This document shows positions 46,585 to 56,556 of a stretch of DNA of 64,000 bases, piece after piece. The DNA is from Pseudomonadota bacterium (GTDB taxonomy: Bacteria; Pseudomonadota; Alphaproteobacteria; Rickettsiales; SXRF01), in NCBI GenBank assembly GCA_963205195.1, contig CAUJHR010000011.1:84164-148163 (forward strand), written 5' to 3'. Within the stretch, counting starts at the first letter, position 1; the number at the start of each line of letters is the position of its first letter. Below the pieces are notes generated by a model. The model was not told the origin of the DNA and did not search any database. It worked only from the letters and a program-made list of their open reading frames with translations. The translations under genes were made by a program, and so were the position numbers.

Positions 46585-47053
46585 GAACGGTGAACAGAAA
46601 ACTACTAAGGCAGGCGGGCATTATAACCGCGGCAACCGGGACCGCATGCAGAATCGTACTGTAGAGATGCTGCCGCACCCTGAAGTCCTTGAAAGCTATA
46701 ACTATGTGGTAGATGGCTCTGCTAAAATGATCCTGACAATGTTCGAAATGGAGCAAAAGCACCGTCATGAATGGGAAACGCAAGCTCTTCGTATTCATAG
46801 CACTTCTTCTTTAGTTGGGCAGATATTAGGTTTTTTTATAGCTGTAGCTGTGTTCGTTTCTGCTACAATTATAGGAATGTATGGCAACTCAACTATAGCA
46901 GCTAGTATATGGGTTTTTGGCATGGCTATTATAGTTATGGCTGGGCTTGTGTGGGCTTATGCTAAAAGTATGGGGCAGCGCCCGCTTTTTGCCCGCCCTA
47001 CAATGCGTGCACATTTCCGTCCGCAAAAAGATAATTCGGACCAGCAAGAATAA
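46565..47053 (+). CDS. DUF2335-like membrane protein
   Basis: LPHPEVLESYNYVVDGSAKMILTMFEMEQKHRHEWE followed by two TM helices. This matches my recollection of the DUF2335 signature (PPPE.L..Y....PG.AERI..M.E.EQ.HRH..E). Confidence 0.55.
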   Translation: MEIEENRNGEQKTTKAGGHYNRGNRDRMQNRTVEMLPHPEVLESYNYVVDGSAKMILTMFEMEQKHRHEWETQALRIHSTSSLVGQILGFFIAVAVFVSATIIGMYGNSTIAASIWVFGMAIIVMAGLVWAYAKSMGQRPLFARPTMRAHFRPQKDNSDQQE

Positions 47054-47068
47054 CTAATATTAAAATCT

Positions 47069-47497
47069 ATGGAAGATGTTATCGCACTGGCAGCGCGTAG
47101 TTGGGTTGGTACGCGTTTTCATCATCAAGGTAGGCTTAAGAAATCATGTAATCATAGGGGAGGCGTAGATTGCCTTGGTCTGCTTATAGGTGTAGCTCAT
47201 GAGCTTAATCTGCCATACTCGATATATGATGAGAATAATTACTCCCATTACCCTGACATAAATAAGCTAAGAAAAAAGTTATCTGCAGCAATGCAGCAAA
47301 TACCTATTTCTGATATTAAATCCGGAGATATCCTTTTGCTAAATATTAACGGCAATCCTCAGCATTTAGCTATTGTTGGAACAATATCGGAGCAATTGAC
47401 TATAATACATGCTTATGCCCCAGCTAGATGCGTAGTAGAGCATGCAATGGATGATTTGTGGCAGGCAAGTATCTGTGCAGCATTTAGGGCAATTTAA
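47069..47497 (+). CDS. NlpC/P60-family cell-wall peptidase (RcGTA g14-like)
   Basis: WVGTRFHHQGR......GVDCLGLL (catalytic Cys) and ..HLAIV.......IIHAY (His). Confidence 0.85.
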   Translation: MEDVIALAARSWVGTRFHHQGRLKKSCNHRGGVDCLGLLIGVAHELNLPYSIYDENNYSHYPDINKLRKKLSAAMQQIPISDIKSGDILLLNINGNPQHLAIVGTISEQLTIIHAYAPARCVVEHAMDDLWQASICAAFRAI

Positions 47498-47531
47498 ATA
47501 ATCTAATATTATCATTAATTTGAGAGAAAAA

Positions 47532-50500
47532 ATGGCATCAATCATATTGAGTGCGGCGGGCTCTGCTTTGGGCGTTGCTACTGGTCTTCCTTTTGGTTCA
47601 CGTGTAGGCTCATTGGTAGGTCGTGTAGCCGGAAGTGTAATTGATTCCAGCCTACGTAAAGGTGGAAAACTTTCCCCAGTCCATGGCTCACGCCTTGCAG
47701 ATCTGGCAGTACAGAGCTCCGCATATGGTAAGATGATACCAATAGTTTATGGTATGGTGCGTATTGGCGGTAATATAATATGGTCACAGCCAATAGCAGA
47801 ATCAGTAGTAACTACCACGAGTTCGGCTGGAGGTGGAAAAGGAGGGGGTGGGAAGGTAAGTCAATCATCAAGTACTTATAATTATTCGGTAACACTTGCT
47901 ATATCAGTTTGTGAAGGAGAGGTAAGTGAAGTTAGCAGAATATGGGCAGATGCAAAACAGTTAGATATCTCTCAGTTTACTATACGAATATACAAAGGCA
48001 GTGAAACTCAACTTCCAGATTCATTAATACAATCTATTGAAGGAATAGATAATACCCCAGCATATCGAGGACTAGCCTATGTTGTTCTAGAGGATTTTCC
48101 ATTGGCTGATTATGGAAACCGCATACCAAACTTTTCTTTCGAAGTAAAAAAGAAAACTTTATATAATGATTATAACAATCAGACCGTAGAGGATATGATA
48201 AACGGTATTGTAATGATACCGGGAGCTGGAGAATTTGTTTATGATACACAAGTGGAAAGCAAAATTCCAGGCACGCAAGTAGGTTTTGATTGGGTGCAGC
48301 AAGGCAGCCAGCAGCTTATGAATATGCACAATGCAAATGGAATAGCCAATTCATTGTTATCTTTAGATCAGTTGCAAGATACCTGCCCAAATCTTAATTG
48401 GATATCGGTAACAGTTGCCTGGTTTGGCGATAGTATGGATATAGCAAGCTGCAATATTATGCCTGGTGTTGAATATCAGGATTATGCTACCACAAGCCCG
48501 AATTTATGGTCGGTGGCAGGCTATGACCGCCAATCTGCAAGGTTGATTACACAAATAGCCAGTTCACCCCAATATGGAGGAACGCCAGATGATTCAAGTA
48601 TTCTAAGATATTTAGATGAAATTAAGAGGCGGGGTTATAAAATTATTTTTTATCCCATCTTATTTATGGATGTGACTGGAAAGCAATGGCGCGGTGATTT
48701 AACAGGAAATACTTCTGCAGTTAATAATTTTTTTAATAAATCTTGTGGTTATAATGCTTTCATAAATCATTATGCTAATCTGGTTAAAACTAAGGTAGAT
48801 GCTTTTATTATAGGCTCTGAATTAAAGGGGCTTACAAAGCTTACGGATTCTCCTGGTAATTACCCAGCAGTAAATGAACTGGTAAGCCTTGCTGCAATAG
48901 TAAAATCCAATGTAGGAAGTACCGTAAAAATTACTTATGCTGCAGATTGGTCGGAATACCATCATACAGATGGTGGATGGTATCATATGGATCCACTTTG
49001 GGCTTCCAGCAATATTGATTTCATAGGTATTGACGCTTATTTTCCCCTTACTGATAGTCCAACTCAAAGTTATGATATTGATGCAGTAAAAGCAGGATGG
49101 ACATCAGGTGAGGGATATGACTGGTATTACAGCGATACAGAGCGTACTATTAAAGTAAATTTGTTGCCACAATATGCATGGAAAAATATTTCATGGTTCT
49201 GGAATAATAATCATATTAATCCAAACAGTGTGGCTACTGCATGGACCCCACAGCTAAAAAAAATTTGGTTTACCGAATATGGTTTTCCTAGCGTTGATTG
49301 TACAACTAACCAGCCAAATGTATTTTTCGACCCAACCACTATAAATAGTGCATTGCCTTATCATTCAAAAGGGCGTGTAGATATGCGCGCTCAACGCGTT
49401 GGAATAGCAGCTACTGAGCTACAATGGAGTGGTTCTCCAATGGTGGAGAATATTTTTGCATGGGCATGGGATGCACGACCATTTCCTTATTGGCCTGATT
49501 TATCAGGCATCTGGAATGATGGTGGAGTATGGAAAACTGGTCATTGGCTTCAGGGAAAGCTGGGTATATCTAATCTTGCTGCCATTATACTAGACCTCAC
49601 AAAAAGATCTGGGCTTGTTGAGTCGGACATTGATGTAAGCAAGGTTAGTGAGAGCCTGGAAGGGTATGTTATCAATAATCAGCAAACAATACGCGATGCA
49701 ATACAGATATTACGTACTGCATATTTTTTTGATATTGTAGAAAGTGATAATATACTACGCTGTATCCCACATGGCGGGAATGTAGCCATGGATATTAATG
49801 AGATTGATTTAGTTCCCATTAAATCTCAAAGGGATTCAAGAGATGAATTATATAAGATCACACGTACTCAGGAAATTGAATTACCAAAGCATATTAATGT
49901 CATTTACCTAAATCGCATTGCTAATTATCAGGCATGTACTCAATATTCGCAGCGGGAAATTACTAATAGCCGCGAAGTAGAAACTCTTGATTTTCCATTA
50001 GTAATATCGGACCAGATGGCTAAAAATATAGCAGATATAACATTGTTTTCAGATTGGATGGGAAGAACTAATTATAATTTTGACTTGCCTTTAAAATACT
50101 CTCAACTCGATCCTTCTGATGTTATAACTCTTAATATTAATATGGTTTCACATAGGATGCGTATTACTTCAATATATCTAGGATCACCTGGAATAGTCAG
50201 GATAAGCGCATTAGCTGAGGATGTATCAATTTATGATTTTTATAATACTGCAAGTTCTTCTCAAACCAAATTACTGAAGGAAAATACCGGAATATCTCTT
50301 ACTCGTCTTGAGCTTCTTGACTTACCACTTTTCCCATCTGATGATAAAGATAAGCCTATATTGCGTAGTGCGGCCAATGGTTATTCTAATGACTGGAGCG
50401 GGGCAGTAGTATATCGCTCAGATGATAATGGTGCAAATTATTCTTATTTTTATGAAATAAATGGCTCTGCTTGTATTGGTACAACTTCTACAAATTTAGA

Positions 50501-51218
50501 TAGTGCATTCAGTACGGTATTTGACGAGAAAAATACTGTTACCGTAGTTCTAATAGGTAAGCAGCAACTTCATAGTGTAACAGAAATTGCAGTTTTAAAT
50601 GGTGCTAATGCTGCTTTGATAGGGAATGAAGTAATACAATTTAAAACCGCAATCCTGGTAGGTGAAGGTCAATATACTTTAAGCGGGCTGCTGCGCGGAA
50701 GACTGGGTACAGAATGGGCAATTGATAGCCATATACCAGGAGAGCGTTTTATATTATTAGATGGTGCATTGGATAAACAAATATTACCCACTAATATTAT
50801 AGGCTTAATACGTCAGTATAAGGCTGTTACTATTGGGAATAATTTAGCAACTGCTCCAGCACAGGATTTTGCTTATAATGCAGTTGTTTTAAAACCATAT
50901 AGTCCTGTTCATATATCAGGAATACGTGATGGCAGCGGTAATTTAGACATAAGCTGGGTACGGCGTACACGTAGTAGCGGCGACTGGCGCGATTTTGTAG
51001 ATGTGCCTCTTAATGAAACTTCAGAGCTTTACGAGATTGATGTAATGGATGGAATTGATGTAATCCGCAGTCTTGCAGGACTTAGCAGCCCATTTGCTAC
51101 CTATAGTGCCGCTCAGCAAATAGCCGATTTCGGGAGCGCCCAATCGAGCGTCAGCGTAAAAATTTATCAGATTTCGGGGGCAATTGGCAGGGGCTATGCT
51201 GGTATAGCAACTATATGA
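47532..51218 (+). CDS. GTA host-specificity/'megatron' tail protein (RcGTA g15-like)
   Basis: MASIILSAAGSALG....G....G. N-terminus, ..YG.MIPIVYG..R.GGN.IW, a TIM-barrel-like central part (IDFIGIDAYFPL.., WFTEYGFPSVD) and about 1230 aa in size. The start is refined from the track TTG at 47520 to the ATG at 47532. Confidence 0.9.
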   Translation: MASIILSAAGSALGVATGLPFGSRVGSLVGRVAGSVIDSSLRKGGKLSPVHGSRLADLAVQSSAYGKMIPIVYGMVRIGGNIIWSQPIAESVVTTTSSAGGGKGGGGKVSQSSSTYNYSVTLAISVCEGEVSEVSRIWADAKQLDISQFTIRIYKGSETQLPDSLIQSIEGIDNTPAYRGLAYVVLEDFPLADYGNRIPNFSFEVKKKTLYNDYNNQTVEDMINGIVMIPGAGEFVYDTQVESKIPGTQVGFDWVQQGSQQLMNMHNANGIANSLLSLDQLQDTCPNLNWISVTVAWFGDSMDIASCNIMPGVEYQDYATTSPNLWSVAGYDRQSARLITQIASSPQYGGTPDDSSILRYLDEIKRRGYKIIFYPILFMDVTGKQWRGDLTGNTSAVNNFFNKSCGYNAFINHYANLVKTKVDAFIIGSELKGLTKLTDSPGNYPAVNELVSLAAIVKSNVGSTVKITYAADWSEYHHTDGGWYHMDPLWASSNIDFIGIDAYFPLTDSPTQSYDIDAVKAGWTSGEGYDWYYSDTERTIKVNLLPQYAWKNISWFWNNNHINPNSVATAWTPQLKKIWFTEYGFPSVDCTTNQPNVFFDPTTINSALPYHSKGRVDMRAQRVGIAATELQWSGSPMVENIFAWAWDARPFPYWPDLSGIWNDGGVWKTGHWLQGKLGISNLAAIILDLTKRSGLVESDIDVSKVSESLEGYVINNQQTIRDAIQILRTAYFFDIVESDNILRCIPHGGNVAMDINEIDLVPIKSQRDSRDELYKITRTQEIELPKHINVIYLNRIANYQACTQYSQREITNSREVETLDFPLVISDQMAKNIADITLFSDWMGRTNYNFDLPLKYSQLDPSDVITLNINMVSHRMRITSIYLGSPGIVRISALAEDVSIYDFYNTASSSQTKLLKENTGISLTRLELLDLPLFPSDDKDKPILRSAANGYSNDWSGAVVYRSDDNGANYSYFYEINGSACIGTTSTNLDSAFSTVFDEKNTVTVVLIGKQQLHSVTEIAVLNGANAALIGNEVIQFKTAILVGEGQYTLSGLLRGRLGTEWAIDSHIPGERFILLDGALDKQILPTNIIGLIRQYKAVTIGNNLATAPAQDFAYNAVVLKPYSPVHISGIRDGSGNLDISWVRRTRSSGDWRDFVDVPLNETSELYEIDVMDGIDVIRSLAGLSSPFATYSAAQQIADFGSAQSSVSVKIYQISGAIGRGYAGIATI

Positions 51219-51283
51219 GCTTTTCTTGACTGCTGGGCTGGATGTGATATTGCTAGCCGCTACAGTATGAATCAGGAGCTTAT

Positions 51284-52429
51284 ATGGCGGGGTGGGTTAG
51301 TAAAAAGTCAGTTATTATAGTAATTTGCGCCGCAGTTGCTTATTACGTTTATAGTCATTTTTTCGGACACGGAGGCGGATACGGACAGATGGGCGGTGCC
51401 CCACCGGTCAGCGTAGCTGAAGTTACAGAACGTGAAGTTAGACAGTGGAATGAATTTTCAGGTAAATTAGTAGCCATAGATCAGGTGGATATACGTCCTC
51501 GCGTTACAGGCACTATAGAATCCATCCATTTTGCCGATGGTGCAATGGTAAATAAAGGCGATCTGCTGTTTGTTATTGACCCGCGCCCTTATCAGGCGGC
51601 TTATCAGTCCGCAAGCTCACAATGGGTGCTTGCCCATTCTGATCTGCAGCGAGCTAAATCCCTGGTTGCATCAAAAACTATACCGCAGCGTGATTATGAT
51701 CAGCGCAAAAGCACTGCAGCAATCGCCAAAGCTGCTTATGTTAAAGCTGGGCTTGACCTTGAATATACTCATATATCATCTCCTATAACTGGGCGAGCTA
51801 GCCGTGCAGAAGTAACAGTTGGAAATCTGGTAGAGGCTGGAATGGGGCAGGCCCCACTGCTTACTACAATAGTATCCAGTACGCCAATTTATGCTGATTT
51901 TGAAATTGATGAAACTACTTTTCTGAAATATGCCGGAGCCGGAGTAACCGGTAATAAGAGTGCTGCTGCTATTCCAGTAATCCTTGAATTAGGAGAAACG
52001 GAAAAAGAAGGGCATGTTGAATCATTTGATAACAGAGTTAATAATGTTTCCGGCACTGTCCGTGTGCGTGCCGTATTTGATAACGCTGATGGTTCATTGG
52101 TTCCCGGCCTGTTTGCTCGTGTAAAAATGGGAAGTCCAACAGCAACTAAATCATTGCTTATAACTGACCGCGCTATAGGAACTGACCAGAGCAAAAAATT
52201 CGTAATAGTAGTTGGAGCTGAAAATAAAACCGAACGCCGCTATATTAAATTAGGTGGCCTTGCCGAGAATCTCAGGGTAGTGGAAGACGGTCTTAAACCA
52301 GGTGAAAAAATTATTGTTAACGGCTTACAGCGTGTGATGATGCCGGGGCAACCGGTAACTCCGGAAATGGTTCCTATGACTCCGGAGCCGCCAGCGCCTG
52401 CTGCCCCAGCTCCCGCAGCTAAGGGCTAG
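51284..52429 (+). CDS. RND efflux periplasmic adaptor (MFP) subunit
   Basis: Lipoyl/hairpin/beta-barrel pattern: V.I.PRV.G.I..I.F.DG..V.KGDLLF.IDPRPY.A........A.L..A..., Y..I.SPI.GR.., with a Pro/Ala-rich tail. Confidence 0.9.
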   Translation: MAGWVSKKSVIIVICAAVAYYVYSHFFGHGGGYGQMGGAPPVSVAEVTEREVRQWNEFSGKLVAIDQVDIRPRVTGTIESIHFADGAMVNKGDLLFVIDPRPYQAAYQSASSQWVLAHSDLQRAKSLVASKTIPQRDYDQRKSTAAIAKAAYVKAGLDLEYTHISSPITGRASRAEVTVGNLVEAGMGQAPLLTTIVSSTPIYADFEIDETTFLKYAGAGVTGNKSAAAIPVILELGETEKEGHVESFDNRVNNVSGTVRVRAVFDNADGSLVPGLFARVKMGSPTATKSLLITDRAIGTDQSKKFVIVVGAENKTERRYIKLGGLAENLRVVEDGLKPGEKIIVNGLQRVMMPGQPVTPEMVPMTPEPPAPAAPAPAAKG

Positions 52430-52431
52430 GC

Positions 52432-55400
52432 ATGAATATATCCCGTTTTTTCATTGATCGTCCTATATTTGCTGTTGTCCTTTCACTGCTTATATTCATT
52501 GGTGGTGCAATATCACTTTGGAGTATGCCAATCTCTGAATATCCTGAGGTCGTGCCGCCATCTGTGGTTGTTCATGCGATGTATCCGGGCGCGAATCCTA
52601 AGGTTATTGCAGAAACAGTAGCTGCTCCGCTGGAAGAGCAGATTAACGGCGTTGAAAATATGCTTTATATGTTCTCACAGGGAACATCAGACGGGCAAAT
52701 GACCCTGACCATAACCTTTAAAATAGGTACTGACCCGGATAAGGCCCAGCAGCTTGTTCAGAACCGTGTGAATCAGGCCTTGCCAAGACTTCCTGACATA
52801 GTACGCCAGTTTGGTGTTACTACTATAAAAAGCTCATCTGATCTTACGATGGTTGTGCATATACTTTCACCCAAGAAAAATTATGATGTTCTCTATCTAA
52901 GTAATTATACTACGTTGAATATTAAAGACCGGATACAGCGTATTTCTGGTATAGGGCAGGTGCAGATTTTTGGTGGGAGCGATTACGCTATGCGCTTATG
53001 GCTTGATCCTGACAAAATAGCCGCCCGCGGTTTAAGCGCACAGGATGTAGTTGGTTCTATACGTGAGCAGAATCTACAAGTAGCAGCCGGGGTTATTGGC
53101 GCATCGCCAGCGCCAAAAGATGCGGATTTACAGCTCAATGTTAACACACAGGGTAGATTGCAGTCCGAGCAGGAATTTGGTGATATTATAATCAAAACAG
53201 ACCCAACCGGAGCCGTAACGCGCCTGCGCGATGTAGCACGCATAGAGCTTGGTGGGTCGCAATATGCGATGCGCTCACTGCTTGATAATAAGCCTGCAGT
53301 TGCTATAGGTGTGTTTCAGGCACCCGGTTCTAATGCGCTGGATGTTTCCGACAAGGTTCGTGAAACAATGGAGGAACTTAAAAAAGATTTTCCGGAAGAT
53401 GTTGATTACACCATAGTTTATGATCCAACATCTTTCGTGCGTGACTCCATTAAAGCAGTGATACATACACTATTGGAAGCAATTGCTCTTGTGGTTTTAG
53501 TGGTTATTTTATTTTTGCAGACGTGGCGTGCTTCAATAATTCCCCTACTTGCTGTTCCGGTTTCAATTGTGGGAACATTCGCTTTCTTGCTGCTTATGGG
53601 CTTTTCTATTAATGCACTGACCTTATTCGGACTAGTGCTTGCTATCGGTATTGTGGTAGACGATGCGATAGTTGTAGTTGAAAATGTTGAGCGCAATATT
53701 GAATCCGGGCTTTCACCTAAGGATGCAACTTATCAGGCTATGCGTGAGGTAAGCGGTCCGATTATAGCTATAGCCCTTACGCTTATCGCTGTTTTCGTAC
53801 CTATTGCTTTTATTAGCGGATTGACCGGCGAGTTTTACCGCCAGTTTGCGCTTACAATTGCCATATCAACTGTGATTTCCGCCTTCAATTCCCTTACCCT
53901 TTCACCGGCCATGGCTGCTATCTTACTTAGAAGCCATGACATGCCACCAGATCGTCTCACACGTTTCATGGAGGATAAGTTCGGCTGGTTTTTTGCAGGG
54001 TTCAACCGGATTTTTAAAACCAGTTCGGAAAAATATTCCAATAAAGTAGTAAAGGTGCTTGGGCGTAAAAAGCTGGCGTTCACAGTATATCTGGTTTTAA
54101 TAGCGTTCACTGCCTATGGTTTCTATCATGTCCCCACCGGCTATATCCCACCTCAGGATAAGCAGTATCTTATAGGTTTTGCACAACTTCCCGATGGCTC
54201 GTCTCTTGATCGCACTGAGGATGTTATCCGCCGCATGTCGGATATAGCACTCAAAAATCCTGGCGTTGCCAATGCAGTTGCTTTCCCGGGGCTCTCTATA
54301 AATGGATTTACCAATAGTTCCAACGCGGGGATTGTATTCCTGCCGCTTAAATCATTTGATGAGCGTAATACATCTGATCTTTCGGCAAATGGCATAGCGC
54401 AGGCTGTAAATGCACAGTTCGGGGCTATTCAGGATGCTTTTGTACTTGTTCTGCCACCACCTCCGGTTATGGGGCTTGGTACATCCGGCGGCTTTAAATT
54501 ACAATTAGAAGATAGGGGAGATTTAGGAGATGAAGCGCTTGCAGGTATAAAAGACGCTATATTAGGACGCGCTTACCAGACGCCTCAGCTTGATCCGCAC
54601 CAGACTTATAGTGGCTTCCAGATAAATGTTCCGCAGCTTTATGTTGATTTGAACCGCACGCGTGCAAAGCAGCTTGGACTCCCTATAGCCGATATTTTCA
54701 ATACTATGCAGATCTATTTAGGATCGTTGTATATCAACGATTTTAATAAATTTGGACGCACCTATCAGGTAATAGCGCAGGCCGATGCCCCATTCCGCGC
54801 CCATGCCGAGGATATTGCGAAACTTAAAGTCCGTAATTTCGCCGGTGAAATGGTTCCTCTTGGTAGTGTTCTTACAGTTTCGCAAAGTTACGGACCAGAC
54901 CGTGCCATGCGCTATAATGCCTACCGTACCGCCGATATAAATAGTGGCCCTGCACCGGGCGTTTCCAACGGACAGGCGCAGGAAGCTATGGAAAAAATTA
55001 TCCGGGAAACTGTGCCTAAAGGAATAAGCTATGAATGGACGGATTTGAGCTACCAGCAGATTCTCGCTGGTAATACCGCTGTTTTAGTATTTCCTTTATG
55101 TGTGCTTCTTGTGTTCTTAGTTCTGGCCGCACAATATGAAAGCCTTGTATTGCCTATGGCTGTAATCCTGATTGTGCCTATGTGCCTCCTATGTGCTATT
55201 ATCGGCGTTTGGCTATCTGGTGGTGATAATAATATCTTCACCCAGATAGGATTAATGGTTCTGGTAGGCCTTGCCTGCAAAAACGCTATTTTGATAGTGG
55301 AATTCGCGCGTGAGCTGGAAATAGGGGGAAGTACGCCCTTTGATGCTGCAGTTGAAGCTACGCGAATGAGACTTCGCCCGATCCTTATGACATCATTCGC

Positions 55401-55620
55401 ATTCATCATGGGAGTTATACCGTTAGTTCTTTCCACAGGAGCTGGCTCCGAGATGCGCCATGCTATGGGCGTTGCCGTATTTTCAGGGATGTTGGGGGTA
55501 ACTTTTTTTGGCCTATTCCTGACGCCGGTATTTTATGTGGGATTACGTAATATGGTTGGAAAGAAACTGACATCATCTCATGAATTGGCGATTCATTCGC
55601 AGGGAAACCAACATAATTAA
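52432..55620 (+). CDS. RND multidrug efflux transporter permease (AcrB/HAE1 family)
   Basis: MNISRFFIDRPIFA..., 12-TM architecture, GIVVDDAIVVVENVER and KNAILIVEFA motifs. Confidence 0.95.
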   Translation: MNISRFFIDRPIFAVVLSLLIFIGGAISLWSMPISEYPEVVPPSVVVHAMYPGANPKVIAETVAAPLEEQINGVENMLYMFSQGTSDGQMTLTITFKIGTDPDKAQQLVQNRVNQALPRLPDIVRQFGVTTIKSSSDLTMVVHILSPKKNYDVLYLSNYTTLNIKDRIQRISGIGQVQIFGGSDYAMRLWLDPDKIAARGLSAQDVVGSIREQNLQVAAGVIGASPAPKDADLQLNVNTQGRLQSEQEFGDIIIKTDPTGAVTRLRDVARIELGGSQYAMRSLLDNKPAVAIGVFQAPGSNALDVSDKVRETMEELKKDFPEDVDYTIVYDPTSFVRDSIKAVIHTLLEAIALVVLVVILFLQTWRASIIPLLAVPVSIVGTFAFLLLMGFSINALTLFGLVLAIGIVVDDAIVVVENVERNIESGLSPKDATYQAMREVSGPIIAIALTLIAVFVPIAFISGLTGEFYRQFALTIAISTVISAFNSLTLSPAMAAILLRSHDMPPDRLTRFMEDKFGWFFAGFNRIFKTSSEKYSNKVVKVLGRKKLAFTVYLVLIAFTAYGFYHVPTGYIPPQDKQYLIGFAQLPDGSSLDRTEDVIRRMSDIALKNPGVANAVAFPGLSINGFTNSSNAGIVFLPLKSFDERNTSDLSANGIAQAVNAQFGAIQDAFVLVLPPPPVMGLGTSGGFKLQLEDRGDLGDEALAGIKDAILGRAYQTPQLDPHQTYSGFQINVPQLYVDLNRTRAKQLGLPIADIFNTMQIYLGSLYINDFNKFGRTYQVIAQADAPFRAHAEDIAKLKVRNFAGEMVPLGSVLTVSQSYGPDRAMRYNAYRTADINSGPAPGVSNGQAQEAMEKIIRETVPKGISYEWTDLSYQQILAGNTAVLVFPLCVLLVFLVLAAQYESLVLPMAVILIVPMCLLCAIIGVWLSGGDNNIFTQIGLMVLVGLACKNAILIVEFARELEIGGSTPFDAAVEATRMRLRPILMTSFAFIMGVIPLVLSTGAGSEMRHAMGVAVFSGMLGVTFFGLFLTPVFYVGLRNMVGKKLTSSHELAIHSQGNQHN

Positions 55621-55633
55621 ATTGATTTTTAAT

Positions 55634-56446
55634 TTACGCCCGGGAACGTACACGCGGCCTTGATGGGGTAGGTGAAGGGCTTTTGTCATCACTTGAGAAC
55701 ATATCACCTATTCCACTGGCTACGAATGCTACAATAGCTACAGCCGCTACTATAGCCACCATAACCAAATTTCCCATAGATTCTGGGATACCATTCTTAT
55801 CCTTACTATAACTTCCAACTGAATTAGTAGGGTATTTGGGTTTCATACCCATTTTTGAATAACATAAATTCATGAAATCCCCAACAGCGAAATCTTCAAA
55901 GTTCAAATAATTTCCATTGTCGAGTTTTAGCTTTACATCTTTATTGGCGTCAATCTTGTCCTGAGAAAGAAAACCTTTAATTGGTGTATTAGGACGTATT
56001 TTTGCTTCCTTTATAACATCTATGGCACCTATACCTCTTGTTCCTGCTTTTGCTCCTACCCCACCAGCTCCCAGAAAATGTGCGGAATACCAACTCCCAA
56101 GGTCAGGTGCTTCACCGAAAGCCTTGATGAGTTTTTCCTTATTCTCATAACTCAGGTCAAAATGTCCAGTAATGTGTTGTTTTACATCAAATCTACCATC
56201 GATTTTTAGTTCCGGATTTTTACTAACCAAATCTTTCCAAGTAGGCTCGGTAATTCCATAAAGTCCACCAGAAGTACCAACTTTCGGTTTAACATGACTA
56301 GTTTGATCGCCATCACTTTCGCTCATCATGGTACGTTCATGATATATGAGGTCTTCAGACGGTATCCCATTTAGGCCAAAGCGCTTATACTTTTTGCCTA
56401 ATTCACGCATTATATCGATATTCTGCATTTTTCTAGATGTAACCAT
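55634..56446 (-). CDS. Putative SLT-like lytic transglycosylase with C-terminal TM anchor
   Basis: ..MMSESDGD......SGGLYGITEPTW... and YSAHFLGAGG resemble SLT-type glycosylases (catalytic E-S; G-L-x-Q/G-I; AHFLG.GGA). C-terminal TM segment LVMVAIVAAVAIVAFVASGI. The assignment is from memory only. Confidence 0.45.
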   Translation of the reverse strand: MVTSRKMQNIDIMRELGKKYKRFGLNGIPSEDLIYHERTMMSESDGDQTSHVKPKVGTSGGLYGITEPTWKDLVSKNPELKIDGRFDVKQHITGHFDLSYENKEKLIKAFGEAPDLGSWYSAHFLGAGGVGAKAGTRGIGAIDVIKEAKIRPNTPIKGFLSQDKIDANKDVKLKLDNGNYLNFEDFAVGDFMNLCYSKMGMKPKYPTNSVGSYSKDKNGIPESMGNLVMVAIVAAVAIVAFVASGIGDMFSSDDKSPSPTPSRPRVRSRA

Positions 56447-56556
56447 ACGCTAAGATTATCACAATGAACCCATTGAGAATATGATAATTCTGTGACATTT
56501 TTGTGAAAATGCTTCATAATTTGCTAATATAGCTAGAAAAGATATAAGCTATTGAA

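Noticed and set aside
51228-51256. TTGACT ... GATATT/TATTGC promoter-like boxes upstream of the RND adaptor gene
   Set aside because: The spacer length is ambiguous (14 or 16 nt depending on which -10 is chosen) and the -10 is weak. Not reported as a feature.
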